Shown here: positions 1-10,186 of the stretch, in pieces
Position numbering within the stretch: position 1 is the first letter of the stretch
Layout of the letters: each line of letters opens with the position of its first letter
Origin: Gammaproteobacteria bacterium
Lineage (GTDB): Bacteria > Pseudomonadota > Gammaproteobacteria > Ga0077536
Length of the DNA stretch: 64,000 nt
Assembly: GCA_963662545.2 (NCBI GenBank)
Contig: CAXXLL010000003.1
Coordinates: forward strand, 1,440,001-1,504,000
Reading direction: 5' to 3'
Notes under the pieces: model-generated
Seen by the model: only the letters and a program-made list of their open reading frames with translations
What the model was told of the DNA's origin: nothing
Database searches by the model: none
Program-made: the position numbers and the translations under genes

Positions 1-1
1 C

Positions 2-1333
2 GTGATTGGCGGCGGGCTAACGGGCTCTGCTTTAGCAGGTCAAATTTTGATGAAAGGTCTAAAAGTGACGGTGCTCGAATCCGGTATCCACAACTTGGGG
101 GCACACATTTCAACCGACCCTCGATTGCAATTTGGTAGTGAAATGCGCAATCGCGTAACTAGAGGTCTGTTATGTCCCGTTCCTGGAAGTGGAAGAATAG
201 GGGCATCAAATCGAAGACTTGACTTCCAAGTCGGGATCGGTAATGGGGGCGCTGGCTTGGTATGGAACGGAGTGAGTGAGCGGATGGACTGCACAATCGA
301 AGCTTCACAGCTATTTCTGAAGAACTCGGTCGAGCCCGGCTACGCGATAGCGGAAAGAATTCTGCAAGTGGAAGATTCCGTATCGCTAATGAATTCTGCC
401 GCAGTGCACCAGTGCGATTTTAGATTGAGGCCGCTTCGAACTGCGACAAAAAAAAGTGGACCAATCACTCGTATACCTGGACCAGCCGATCTAATCGATG
501 AGAAGCTCGAACATCGGCTGACTGTTATTCTAGGCCGGACGGTTAAACGAATGGATATTCGTTCTGGGCGAGCGGTAGCCGTCTTCGCGCACAACGTTTT
601 TACAAACGAAATGGAAAAGTACCAAGCGGACCGATTCGTGATAGCTGCGGATGCGATTCGCTCCCCCGAGATCCTATACGCCTCGGGCCTTCTCCCCGAG
701 CCTGGCTTTCCTATTGGGCGATTTGTAACTGATCACCCTATTGCCGTGGCGCGCGTAAACGCAGATACGGATCTTGGGAATACTTTCAAGGAAATCGTCT
801 CGCACCAGCAAGGTAAACAATTCTGTCGGGGCGTAGTTCTAGAAGATGCGCCGTACGGAGCATTGCGCCTGATCATGGATACACCGTGCAAGTCGCCTCA
901 GGATAGGACTCTCGCCCTTTTCTGGTATGGCGTCGGACATCCAAAAGAAAATAACCGAATAGAATACAAACGAGAGTGGCTAAACGGGGGTTACATTGTA
1001 ACGAACACGAAAGTCAGAATATCAGAGGATATGTGTGATCCAAAAGAATTAGATGTTCTGGTTGAAGACATGAAGGTTGTTGCGAGCGAGTTAGGCGCGT
1101 TCCAACGTGGGTGGTCGCCTAGATTACTACCAATAGGATCCGCTGCCCACGCGTTCGGTACTCTTCGTACGGCAATTCATAGCGCCGATGCGAGCGTCAC
1201 AGAATGGGATGGGAAAGTAAAGGGCCTAAGCAATGTATATGTCGTCGGGCCATCACGAATACCTGTACCGTCCGCGTTCAACCCTGCCTTGACTTCTATC
1301 GCGGCGGCTGTCGTCACAAGTTATTCTATATAG
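2..1333 (+). CDS. GMC-family FAD-dependent oxidoreductase (pyranose-oxidase/sugar dehydrogenase-like), 5'-truncated by window edge
   Basis: N-terminal GGGxxG Rossmann motif (IGGGLTG...VTVLESG), G-rich GGAGLVWNG, IGRFVTDHP, C-terminal AHAFGTLR...GLSNVYVVG...NPALT typical of GMC enzymes. Confidence 0.8.
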   Translation: MIGGGLTGSALAGQILMKGLKVTVLESGIHNLGAHISTDPRLQFGSEMRNRVTRGLLCPVPGSGRIGASNRRLDFQVGIGNGGAGLVWNGVSERMDCTIEASQLFLKNSVEPGYAIAERILQVEDSVSLMNSAAVHQCDFRLRPLRTATKKSGPITRIPGPADLIDEKLEHRLTVILGRTVKRMDIRSGRAVAVFAHNVFTNEMEKYQADRFVIAADAIRSPEILYASGLLPEPGFPIGRFVTDHPIAVARVNADTDLGNTFKEIVSHQQGKQFCRGVVLEDAPYGALRLIMDTPCKSPQDRTLALFWYGVGHPKENNRIEYKREWLNGGYIVTNTKVRISEDMCDPKELDVLVEDMKVVASELGAFQRGWSPRLLPIGSAAHAFGTLRTAIHSADASVTEWDGKVKGLSNVYVVGPSRIPVPSAFNPALTSIAAAVVTSYSI

Positions 1334-3023
1334 ATGGGCCACCAGGTGGTTTTGCCGGCTGCATCGCTGATATCTGCCGACCAAAAGGCACAACAGGCGT
1401 GACTTCGATAGCCGTCTCAATTGCTACTTCCAACATTCTTGGTTGACTCGGCTCTTCCCATAGCCACGCTATAGCATTCTCCACCTCGTATGATTCGCAT
1501 ATCCGTATAGCCGGAATACCATACGCATTAAAGATCGCAGTGTTATCTATTTCAGCAAGTCCCCACGTGGAGGCGTGGAACCGCCCTTGAGAGATTTCAG
1601 TCTGGAGTTGACGCACGCTGCCATGAGTCCTGTTGTTCATGACAATGGTTTTTATAGGCAGGTCGTCCCGAACAACTGTAGCTAATTCTTGAATATTTAA
1701 TTGAACAGAGCCATCGCCTACTATGGCAACAATTGGCTCGCGGAAGTTTAATGCCGCTGATATCGACGCAGGAATGGCGGTTCCACAAGCGTGCAAACCG
1801 GTACTGGATATAAGTCGTTGCTTCTCGTTTAGCTTAAGCGACTGCGCCGCATACCACGTATGATGACCCGCGTCGACCACGAACGCGCGAGCACGTGCGG
1901 ATCTTTTCGATAAAGACTCGAAAAACGAATTGGGATCGATACCTTTTATACCTGTGCGCTCGAACGATGGGTTGTACGACTCCAAAATAGCATCAACACG
2001 CCGAATCCATTCCTGGGGGGCTTTAAAGTCACTGAGCTTATTCTCTTTCGTTATAGTGCTAATCACTGAATTGCAATCGGCGATCAGCGTGTTCCCTATC
2101 TTCATCCGCTTTCCTGCCTCTGCGGGATCGATGTCTACATGCCATACTGCCCTTTTCTGAGCAAATCTAGCTGGATCGGCCCCCAAGACAGCGTGATCTA
2201 CGCGTGATCCCAAGATAAGTACAAAATCGGCTTCACTCATGACTGTGTTGGCGGCTCGTGTCCCGTACATTCCGCACATGCCAATTTGCAAATTATTTAA
2301 TCCGGCAGCTACATCCAATCCTGCTATCGTGCTAACAACAGGAATACGAAAAGTTCTTGAGAGTTTCCGAAAATTTCTTCTGGAATTACGCGCTACACCT
2401 CCTACAAACAATATTGGACGATGAGCAGAATATAAGTCCCGGACGATTCCCGCGACATCTCCGGAAGAAACTGATTTGGTTACCGGTAGCTTCGGTACTT
2501 CGATGGAGACTTGCTGCACTTCGCCCATTTGTACGTCTAATGGAAAGTCAACGACAACTGGGCCAGGACGATCGCTCATCGAAACTCGATAAGCCTCAGT
2601 CAGAATTTCTGGGATCTGCGGAGCTTTCTTCGGAGAATATGTCGCTTTGACAATCGGGGCACACATGCCGGCAAAATCGCATTGCTGCAAACCCGATTGA
2701 CGAGACTCGGGCAAAAGCATTTCCAAGTAGCTTTGAACCTGCCCTCCCACATATAGAGCAGGGATACTGTCAAAATATGCACTCGCGATTCCCGAAACAA
2801 GGTTTATCGCGCCTGGGCCACTGGTTCCAATCGCTACGCCGGGACGTTCAAAGAGCCGCCCTTCTGTTTCCGCAGCGAATGCCGCGCTCTGCTCATGAGA
2901 CATTGCGACTAGGTTAAGCGATTTATGCTCCCCAATAGCATCCAATAAAGGAGCGATCATGCCTCCAGAAAGCGTGTATACGTGGCGAACTCCAAGCGCC
3001 TCAATAAAGTCCGCAAAATACCG

Positions 3024-4409
3024 GAGTTATAACGGAATCTGGTGTTTGAGCGAGTTGAATAAAGGCGGCGTATCTGGTTGAAATGTTGTTACCAAGCAGC
3101 AAGCCAACCAAAGAGGATACGCCACCATGAGAGAGAGTAACGTTGTTGAATTATCAGGTCGAGAAGGAATACCAGATCCGTTGACGGAGGTCTTGAGAAA
3201 CGGTGCTCGGGCTCTGATTGAACGAGCGGTTGAAATCGAGCTGGCAGAATATATGGCGCAGTATTCAGGACATCGCACGGTGGACGACAAAGCAGGTGTG
3301 GTTCGCAACGGCTATTTGCCGGAACGCCAGTTGCAGACGGGCTTGGGGCCGGTGACGGTGAGGATCCCGAAGGTTCGTTCGAAGCTCGGCGAGCCGGTGA
3401 CCTTCCGTTCAGCGCTGGTGCCGCCGTATGTGCGCAAGACAAGAACCTTGGAGGCGGCCGTGCCGTGGCTGTATTTGAAGGGCGTTTCCAGTGGCGAAAT
3501 GGGCGCTGCGCTGGAAGTTTTGTTGGGGCCGCAGGCGAAGGGCCTGTCGGCGAGCACCGTGTCGCGCTTGAAGCAGGTGTGGGCGCAAGAATACCGCGAC
3601 TGGTGCGAGGGGCGATTGGACCAAGACCGCTGGGTGTAGGTGTGGGCGGACGGTGTCTACAGTGGCCTGCGGGCGGAGCACACGAAGCTGTGTGCGTTGG
3701 TGGTGATCGGCGTCAATGAGCGAGGCGAGAAGCGTTTTTTGGCGATGGAGGATGGTGTGCGGGAGTCCACGCAGAGCTGGCGCGAGGTGTTGCTGAAATT
3801 GAAGTCACGCGGGATGAATATTCCCAAGCTGGCGATCGGGGACGGTGCCATGGGCTTCTGGGCCGCACTGGAGGAAGTCTACGGTGAGACCCGCCAGCAA
3901 CGCTGCTGGATGCACAAGACGATGAACGTGCTGAACTGCCTACCGAAGTCAGCACAGGCCAAAGCCAAGCAAGCCCTGCACGCGATCTGGCAGGCCGCGA
4001 CAAAGGCCGACGCCGAGAAGGCGTTCGAGCTGTTCCTCAAGACCTATGAACCGAAGTATCCCAAGGCGATCCTGTGCCTACAGAAAGACCGTGAGGAGTT
4101 GCTGGCGTTCTATGATTTTCCGGCACCACATTGGCAAAGCATTCGCACGAGCAATCCGATTGAATCCACCTTCGCTACGATCCGGCACCGGACCCGGCGC
4201 TCCAAGGGCGGTCTCTCTCGGGACGGCATGCTCCATATGATGTTCAAGCTGGGGCGGTGTGCGCAGAAGAATTGGCGACGCCTACGTGGATTCGACTACC
4301 TGGCCAAGGTGATTACTGGAGTTAAATTTGAAGATGGTATCGAGGTGACAAGGGTCAATCAGGTCGCCGCTTGATTCAACCGCCTGAACACCACTTTTGA
4401 CAATAACTC
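3024..4409 (+). mobile_element. IS256-family insertion sequence
   Basis: Imperfect terminal IRs GAGTTATAACGGAATCTGGTGTTT / rc GAGTTATTGTCAAAAGTGGTGTTC; 9-bp TSD AAAATACCG at 3015-3023 and 4410-4418. Confidence 0.93.
3127..4374 (+). pseudogene. IS256 (Mutator-type) DDE transposase with in-frame TAG at 3637-3639
   Basis: RNGYLPER, WV*VWADG, AIGDGAMGFW, QQRCWMHK, RTSNPIES motifs; both ORFs are in the same frame. Confidence 0.88.
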
Positions 4410-4550
4410 AAAATACCGCGCAGCATTCATGCTTTGATTCTAGTCAAAAATATCGCACCAAAAGAATGGCGAAGCCGAAGCCGGGGGAACTAAAATCGCC
4501 CACTCTAAAGTGTATCAGGCGGAGGCTGAAGCCAGGTATACGTAACAGAA

Positions 4551-4991
4551 CTACCTCTTAACCCGCGTTGCCAGTAACGCCAATTTCGTTGAGACGCTCG
4601 CAATCGCTTTCAATTCCTCCGATGCCTCAGCTCTTCGCGCAGCTCGAGGAGATAATACGGCGAGCCTTGCAAGCTCCGGAATATTTACTGCGATCTGCGT
4701 TGCGGATGCTGAAACTAGCGATAAGGCCGCCAACGAAGCCGATACATTGGCTAAGGCAGCGAATTCCGAATCGGAGGACTGAAGGGCGGCCTGCAAAAAC
4801 TGGGCAGATTCTAAGGGAGCGAGAGCTTCTAGGGTGCCGAGTTCGGGGTCGGCTACAAGCACGTCTTTAGGGTCTTTCTCATATACACCTGCTTCCTCTC
4901 GAAGCGCTTCAAGCATGATTCTCGCGAGCCTTTTAAGCTGCGACCGACTTGGTTTCTTTTCTTCTGTGTTCTTCGTTGTGGTCGTTACCAT
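4551..4991 (-). CDS. Hypothetical 146-aa Ala/Ser/Leu-rich protein with internal repeats
   Basis: Strong RBS (AAGGGGAGA) before ATG; no family recognised. Confidence 0.6.
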   Translation of the reverse strand: MVTTTTKNTEEKKPSRSQLKRLARIMLEALREEAGVYEKDPKDVLVADPELGTLEALAPLESAQFLQAALQSSDSEFAALANVSASLAALSLVSASATQIAVNIPELARLAVLSPRAARRAEASEELKAIASVSTKLALLATRVKR

Positions 4992-5158
4992 GATTCTCCC
5001 CTTTTTTGGTCAAATTGATTAGAGTCTTCCTCGTGGCCAATTCAATCTAACGATGAATTACTTCATTGGAACCGGGCACATGTACCGCGACGAATAAGAT
5101 GCACTCAGGCACCCGTCTACGTTAAATTACCCCGAATTTCTAGAAAAATGCAAGGTCG

Positions 5159-5416
5159 ATGCAAATTGTAAATGCTCTGGAACAGCTCTGGACGGAATTA
5201 CTTGAAGTCCCAAACGTTGGCTCATCAGATAATTTCATCGAATGCGGTGGCAATTCCCTATTAGCTACCATATTGGCTGCGCGGATCGACGAAGATATGG
5301 GATGCGAAATCTCGTTGGAAGAAGTCTTCCAACTAGAGTTTCGTGAGCTAGTAAATATCGTCGAATCGCAATATACGCGTGAATCATCGGAACAATTTAT
5401 GTCGTCAACTCAGTAG
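5159..5416 (+). CDS. Stand-alone acyl/peptidyl carrier protein
   Basis: LEQLWTELL...DNFIECGGNSLLA phosphopantetheine attachment motif (GGxS). Confidence 0.85.
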   Translation: MQIVNALEQLWTELLEVPNVGSSDNFIECGGNSLLATILAARIDEDMGCEISLEEVFQLEFRELVNIVESQYTRESSEQFMSSTQ

Positions 5417-6825
5417 ATTACGCCAGAATGTGCATTATCCGAGGTTGGAGAACTCGCAAGACCGCTAACAAACGACTTAATCTCCCGAACATATTCTTCC
5501 AATAAAAGAAATGCTTGCTCCGCATCAGTTTCCGTGATGTGCGTATCCAAAGTAATTTTGGTGTCACGACCTAGTTCATGAGCCACAAACGTCAGACCGC
5601 TGGGTCTACTTCCGGACTGCGCACCAATTACCCTATATGAATTAGATTTCGCTGTATCCGTATCCAAAGTGTTCAGATCAACCTCCGACATTTGGCAACC
5701 GGGAATCACGAAATCACTTAATGGATGCTTAATGTAGTTCAAGCAAATCGGAAACGAATCCTCTGTGAAATGACGACCTTTTTCTTGACACGCTCTAAAC
5801 AAAAATCCTATCGGAATTTCTTGTCTTTTCCACGAATCGAAAACGGCCTTGGCTGCATATTGAAGACGTGATTCATTAGTTTTAGGGTAGTCGTTACCAA
5901 TACAAAGCAAGACAGAATTGTAGAACGCACCAGTAGCATTTAGTGCGCCTCTAAGTGATCTCCCTGGTGCATAAGTAAGTATCGTGGTTCGTTTTGTTTT
6001 CGTATGTCGGGCCAATACATTTGCAAGGCACGCTAGGGCGACAGCTATCGGCGGTACTCTAAACTTTACGCTTATTGCGTTTAGTCCCTTATGGACGCCC
6101 TGTCCAAGTCTTTGCTCTAATCGAACAGACGTAAAAATCGCTCCCGGACGAATGTCGCGCCGATAAGGGTAAAGCTGTTCAGGCACATCAATTAGATGGT
6201 CGACCCACCAATCAAGTTGGGTATGTGCTTCGCCTGAATCCAGCCAGTCGTATTGAGTCTGTGCATAGTCAATAGACGATGTGCCTACGACGTCTTGGTC
6301 GGTCATCTCACCGCCGCGAACCAACGCTTTACTAAACGACTTTCCATATATGTATTGTGACCACGCATCTGAATAAACATGATGAAATGCTAACATCCAA
6401 AGCCAATTATCATTTGGACGTTGGGCAAGCAGACTTGTGTAGGAAATCGCGCGCTCAGGGGATAAATGGCGGATGCGCGATGAGAGTTCTTTCTTTATAT
6501 CGTCGAATCGGGGGAAATACGATCCGTCGTCGCGTCTTAATACGACCGTTACTTCGTCAAGCGCTGGGTGCTCCAAGACCTGTGCTTTCAGCCTGCTACC
6601 GACTGTCCTAAAGCGAGTACGAAGCGTTTCGTGCTTCAAAGGTAAAGAATCCAGTGCACGTGATATGCATTCCGGATCAACATCACCTTGTAGTTCCACT
6701 GCTTCTGCAATCATCGGACTGAAGCTTGGCGTCCGAAGTTGCCTGAGAAGTAGCAATTCTTGGCACAAGGATGGCCGGCCTTCGCGAACTACAGGGCTTT
6801 GATGAAATGTTGAATCACAATGCAT
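5410..6825 (-). CDS. Stand-alone NRPS condensation-domain protein
   Basis: KHETLRTRF, catalytic FHHVYSDAWS (HHxxxD), DYAQTQ, GAFYNSVLL motifs. Confidence 0.85.
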   Translation of the reverse strand: MHCDSTFHQSPVVREGRPSLCQELLLLRQLRTPSFSPMIAEAVELQGDVDPECISRALDSLPLKHETLRTRFRTVGSRLKAQVLEHPALDEVTVVLRRDDGSYFPRFDDIKKELSSRIRHLSPERAISYTSLLAQRPNDNWLWMLAFHHVYSDAWSQYIYGKSFSKALVRGGEMTDQDVVGTSSIDYAQTQYDWLDSGEAHTQLDWWVDHLIDVPEQLYPYRRDIRPGAIFTSVRLEQRLGQGVHKGLNAISVKFRVPPIAVALACLANVLARHTKTKRTTILTYAPGRSLRGALNATGAFYNSVLLCIGNDYPKTNESRLQYAAKAVFDSWKRQEIPIGFLFRACQEKGRHFTEDSFPICLNYIKHPLSDFVIPGCQMSEVDLNTLDTDTAKSNSYRVIGAQSGSRPSGLTFVAHELGRDTKITLDTHITETDAEQAFLLLEEYVREIKSFVSGLASSPTSDNAHSGVIY

Positions 6826-7214
6826 GAATACTACCCGCCAACGTCATTGTCGAAAGCGTATTGATCGAACTGCCCACGCAGAGCTACGTCACCAACCTTA
6901 CGACAGAGTTTCCTTGCTCACGCCCCCCGTTTCTCGCGAGAATTATCTCATATTGGTTGACGCACTTATCACCTTTATTGACAACCTTTTCCCGGCTCGC
7001 TCGATATTATCTGTGGCTAACGGTTTCTCCTTTTGCAAAGCGCTCGACCATATCAACTTGCATTCTCTTAGCGATATTTTATTTGCAATCAATATTGTGG
7101 TAGAAGATAGCTTGAGCATAGACAATTTCGACGCTGCGTATGTTTGATTAAGCTTTGTAATTAGTCAGGCCGCCAGCCTTCCCCGATCACCACAAACGGC
7201 GCCCAGAACATCGG

Positions 7215-7751
7215 GTGCGCGAATTCCTAACACCCGATGAGGTCGACAAGTTGATGCTAGCTGCGGGCCGAGTTGGTCGACATCAATTTCGAGATAAGAC
7301 ACTAATCCTAATCGCCTACCGCCACGCTTTACGAGTATCGGAATTAGTATCTCTCAGATGGGACCAGATTGACCTGAAACAGGGTCAAATACATGTCGTT
7401 CGCTTGAAGGGCGGGATCGACTCTACACACCCCTTGAGAGGCCCAGAATTGCGGGCTCTGAAGCGATTACAGCGCGAGTACGAGAAGTCCCCGTATGTGT
7501 TTGTTACAGAGCGTAGAGGGCCTTTTACGACTAGCGCCGTGAGGAAGATTATTGCTAGGGCGGGGGAAGTAGCTGAACTGGGGTTTCCTGTTCATCCCCA
7601 CATGCTGAGACATGCTTGCGGGTTCTATTTAGCTAATCAGGGTTTCGATACTCGAGCCATTCAGTTGTACCTGGGGCACTCGAATATTCAGCATACCTGC
7701 CGGTATACGGAGTTGGCGGCGAATCGGTTTAATGGGTTCTGGAAAGATTGA
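7215..7751 (+). CDS. FimB/FimE-like tyrosine recombinase (catalytic domain only; start uncertain)
   Basis: REFLT, AYRHALRVSEL, RLKGG, HPHMLRHACG, YLGHSNIQHTCRY: complete R-K-H-R-H-Y set. Confidence 0.9.
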   Translation: MREFLTPDEVDKLMLAAGRVGRHQFRDKTLILIAYRHALRVSELVSLRWDQIDLKQGQIHVVRLKGGIDSTHPLRGPELRALKRLQREYEKSPYVFVTERRGPFTTSAVRKIIARAGEVAELGFPVHPHMLRHACGFYLANQGFDTRAIQLYLGHSNIQHTCRYTELAANRFNGFWKD

Positions 7752-7863
7752 GTCAAAATAATTCCGTAATTGGGGCCGCGCGAAATTTCGGGTAGGTTTG
7801 AGAGCATAGACCAAGCGCCTTGGATCAAGTCTGGGCGCACTCATCTATGTCAGGAGGAGATCC

Positions 7864-9012
7864 ATGACAACCCGACCGGTCGATGCGGCTCGTTCCCTGC
7901 GGCCAATAATTCTTGAAGCGCGCGAGGAGATCGAGGCTTCTCGACGAATCTCCGCTTCGCTTGCCGAGGCGATGACCGCGGAGAATCTTTTCCAGCTTTT
8001 CGTAACTTCGGACGTGGGCGGGCCCGAAGTTGAACCGTTAGAGGCTTATCGCGCTTACGAAGAACTGGCTCGTTCCGATGCCTCGGTTGCATGGGTCGCT
8101 TGGAACAACTGCCTTCCCTCAGTTTTGTCCCGTTACCTCGACAATGACACGCGCACGGAGATCTTTGGCGAGCGCGGGACGATATACGCCAACTCCACCC
8201 GACCCTCCGGCCAGGCCGTCGTGGCCGATGGCGGCTTTCGCCTCTCGGGGCGGTGGTCGCTGGTTTCTGGTTGCGAGCTCGCCGACTGGATCGCGCTCAC
8301 CGCGGTCGTTCACGAAGGCAGCAAACCGCGTAAGACTGCCTCTGGGAGATCGGAGGCTCGTATGTTATTCATCCCGAAGGGCTCCTACGAAATCCTGGAC
8401 ACTTGGTATACCGGGGGATTGCGAGGAACGGGAAGCCACGATGTTGTGGTCCATGACGTGTTTGTCCCCAACCGGCGCATTTGCTCAATCTTGGAACCGC
8501 CACAGCTCGATGGTCAGCTGCACCGCTTTCCCTTTCTGGCATTATTGGCACCCGGTTGTGCCTCGATTTGTCTAGGTCTTGGATTGGCGGCGATCGAAGC
8601 GTTCGTCGAGCTGGCTGCAGATCGACCCCAAGTCGAACCCGGAGCGTCGATGCGCGAACGCAGCACGACTCACCGAACCCTCGCTGAGGCGGAGGCCGAT
8701 CTCCGAGCCGCCCGTCTTCTACTCCACGATGCGGTTGAGCGGGTATGGGAGTCCTGCGCAAATGGCGAACCAACGCCGGAAGAACGAGGCCAACTCTTGG
8801 TCGCCGGTTACCACGCAGCGCGCGTCACAAGGGACCTAATAGGTTCGCTTTATACGGCGGCCGGAACCTCAGCCCTCTATGTTGACTGCAGCCTCGAGCG
8901 GTGTCACCGCGATATTTGGGCGGTCGCGCAGCACATGATCGTGACTTCCCAATGGGCGGAACAGGCGGGACGCATTCGGCTCGGGCTCGAATCTAACCAC
9001 CCTCTTTTCTGA
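7864..9012 (+). CDS. Acyl-CoA dehydrogenase-fold flavin-dependent monooxygenase (HsaA-like oxygenase component)
   Basis: LSGRWSLVSGC, DTWYTGGLRGTGSHD, LERCHRD; RBS GGAGGAG. Confidence 0.85.
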   Translation: MTTRPVDAARSLRPIILEAREEIEASRRISASLAEAMTAENLFQLFVTSDVGGPEVEPLEAYRAYEELARSDASVAWVAWNNCLPSVLSRYLDNDTRTEIFGERGTIYANSTRPSGQAVVADGGFRLSGRWSLVSGCELADWIALTAVVHEGSKPRKTASGRSEARMLFIPKGSYEILDTWYTGGLRGTGSHDVVVHDVFVPNRRICSILEPPQLDGQLHRFPFLALLAPGCASICLGLGLAAIEAFVELAADRPQVEPGASMRERSTTHRTLAEAEADLRAARLLLHDAVERVWESCANGEPTPEERGQLLVAGYHAARVTRDLIGSLYTAAGTSALYVDCSLERCHRDIWAVAQHMIVTSQWAEQAGRIRLGLESNHPLF

Positions 9013-9268
9013 GCATCGGAGTCTTGTTGGCGAAAGGTACGTCGCCTCTGGGCGGCTTTTCCGTTTCCTATATCGCTAGTGTTAACATCTGCTTCATAGC
9101 GGTCATAGCTGCTTGGAACTCTCCCTTTATTCCGACCGGAGCGGTAGCGCAGGGAGCTCATTGTCAAGGGTCGGCTGCAGCTATTGGTTAGGTGGCGGAT
9201 CATCCGCGTTGATATTATTTCAGCCCGAGCGAGTTCAGTGCCGGCAGCGTAATCGCCTCCACGACGCG

Positions 9269-9568
9269 TCACGCGCCGAGGCGATCGAAGAAACGCAGGT
9301 TGATCTCCGTGCCCTCCACGAGCATGCCGTTTACTTGTTCGATCACACCTGTTTCTACACGCCAGTCAAAGTATTTTTCGTACTTCTCGCGTGACTCCCA
9401 GGTCTCCACGACCACGAAATTCTGCGGGTCGTCCATGTTGCGGGTACCGTACAGACCGATACATCCGTCATAGGAACGGGTGTCCGGAAACAGACCCTTG
9501 AAGGCCTCAGCCATGCCGTCGGCGTGTTCGGGTTTGACTCGGATTTCGAGTACTACGGTACAGGTCAT
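9269..9568 (-). CDS. Antibiotic biosynthesis monooxygenase (ABM) family protein
   Basis: TRSYDGC...FVVVETWES..YEKY.DWR; RBS GGAGAG before ATG 9568. Confidence 0.8.
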   Translation of the reverse strand: MTCTVVLEIRVKPEHADGMAEAFKGLFPDTRSYDGCIGLYGTRNMDDPQNFVVVETWESREKYEKYFDWRVETGVIEQVNGMLVEGTEINLRFFDRLGA

Positions 9569-9751
9569 GTCGTTCTCTCCTCGTTCGGGCTGGTTGTTAT
9601 GCAGACGGCCCTGCTCCTTATCCGTGTGCCGGCAGCCATCTCGAATGTTGCCGTGCATCATGCCTCAACAATACCACGGGAGCAACGCGGCGGAGACGTA
9701 CAGATATGAACCTATTTCTGTACAGCGGAGGCGTGTTCACAAGCCATGAAC

Positions 9752-10055
9752 GTCCGTTGATGGCCGAGGCTGTGTCAAAAGTATTTTTGAATTTTGAAAG
9801 TGGGAGAAGTTTAGCTCGATTTGCCTACCTTAGGCGGTGTGTTCCCTTAATCAATCGTGCATAACAACCTAAGTGGGGAAAATTTTCGCGGCGGGCTCCA
9901 TTTTTCGACTTTTGACACAGCCTCGGCCGAGAGCCGACGCGCATCACCGTCACACCGCAGAACACTACTTAATGACCGCTTCCGAGGGTATTGCGGACGT
10001 AATCTAGAGTGGTGCTGCACTGCCGCGAGGCGGCGGCTCACGACCCGAAGCATTT
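9752..10055. repeat. Triad of 24-25 bp palindromic units (A-B-C), unit A interrupted by a MITE
   Basis: A GTCCGTT-GATGGCCGAG-AGCCGAC (after MITE removal); B GACCGCT-TCCGAGGGTAT-TGCGGAC (9974); C GGCGGCT-CACGACCCGA-AGCATTT (10032). Confidence 0.75.
9766..9924. mobile_element. IS1182-type MITE (159 bp)
   Basis: Perfect 17-bp IR GAGGCTGTGTCAAAAGT; GGCC duplicated at 9762-9765 and 9925-9928; interior homologous to MITE at 11555. Confidence 0.8.
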
Positions 10056-10186
10056 ATAGTAATTCGCAGCACTTGGCTGCAGCAACTGCATTAAAGGATT
10101 GAATACATTGGGTCGAAATAAACCTTAACGCGGCGCAGACTAGCAGGTTGCGATACATTTTCGCCTCAAATTACTAGGTGATAACT

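Larger units (their letters stand above)
1326..4430 (-). pseudogene. Thiamine-diphosphate-dependent enzyme (acetolactate synthase large-subunit-like) split near its N-terminus by IS256
   Basis: SHEQSAAFAAE, TSGPGAINL, GDGSVQLNIQEL...MNN TPP motif. Removing the IS plus one TSD joins ATG at 4430 (MNAARYF) in frame to ADFIEALGVRHVYTLSGGMIAPL. Confidence 0.88.

Noticed and set aside
6824-7147. Short ORFs between the C-domain gene and the recombinase
   Set aside because: No motif or RBS; AT-rich divergent intergenic region
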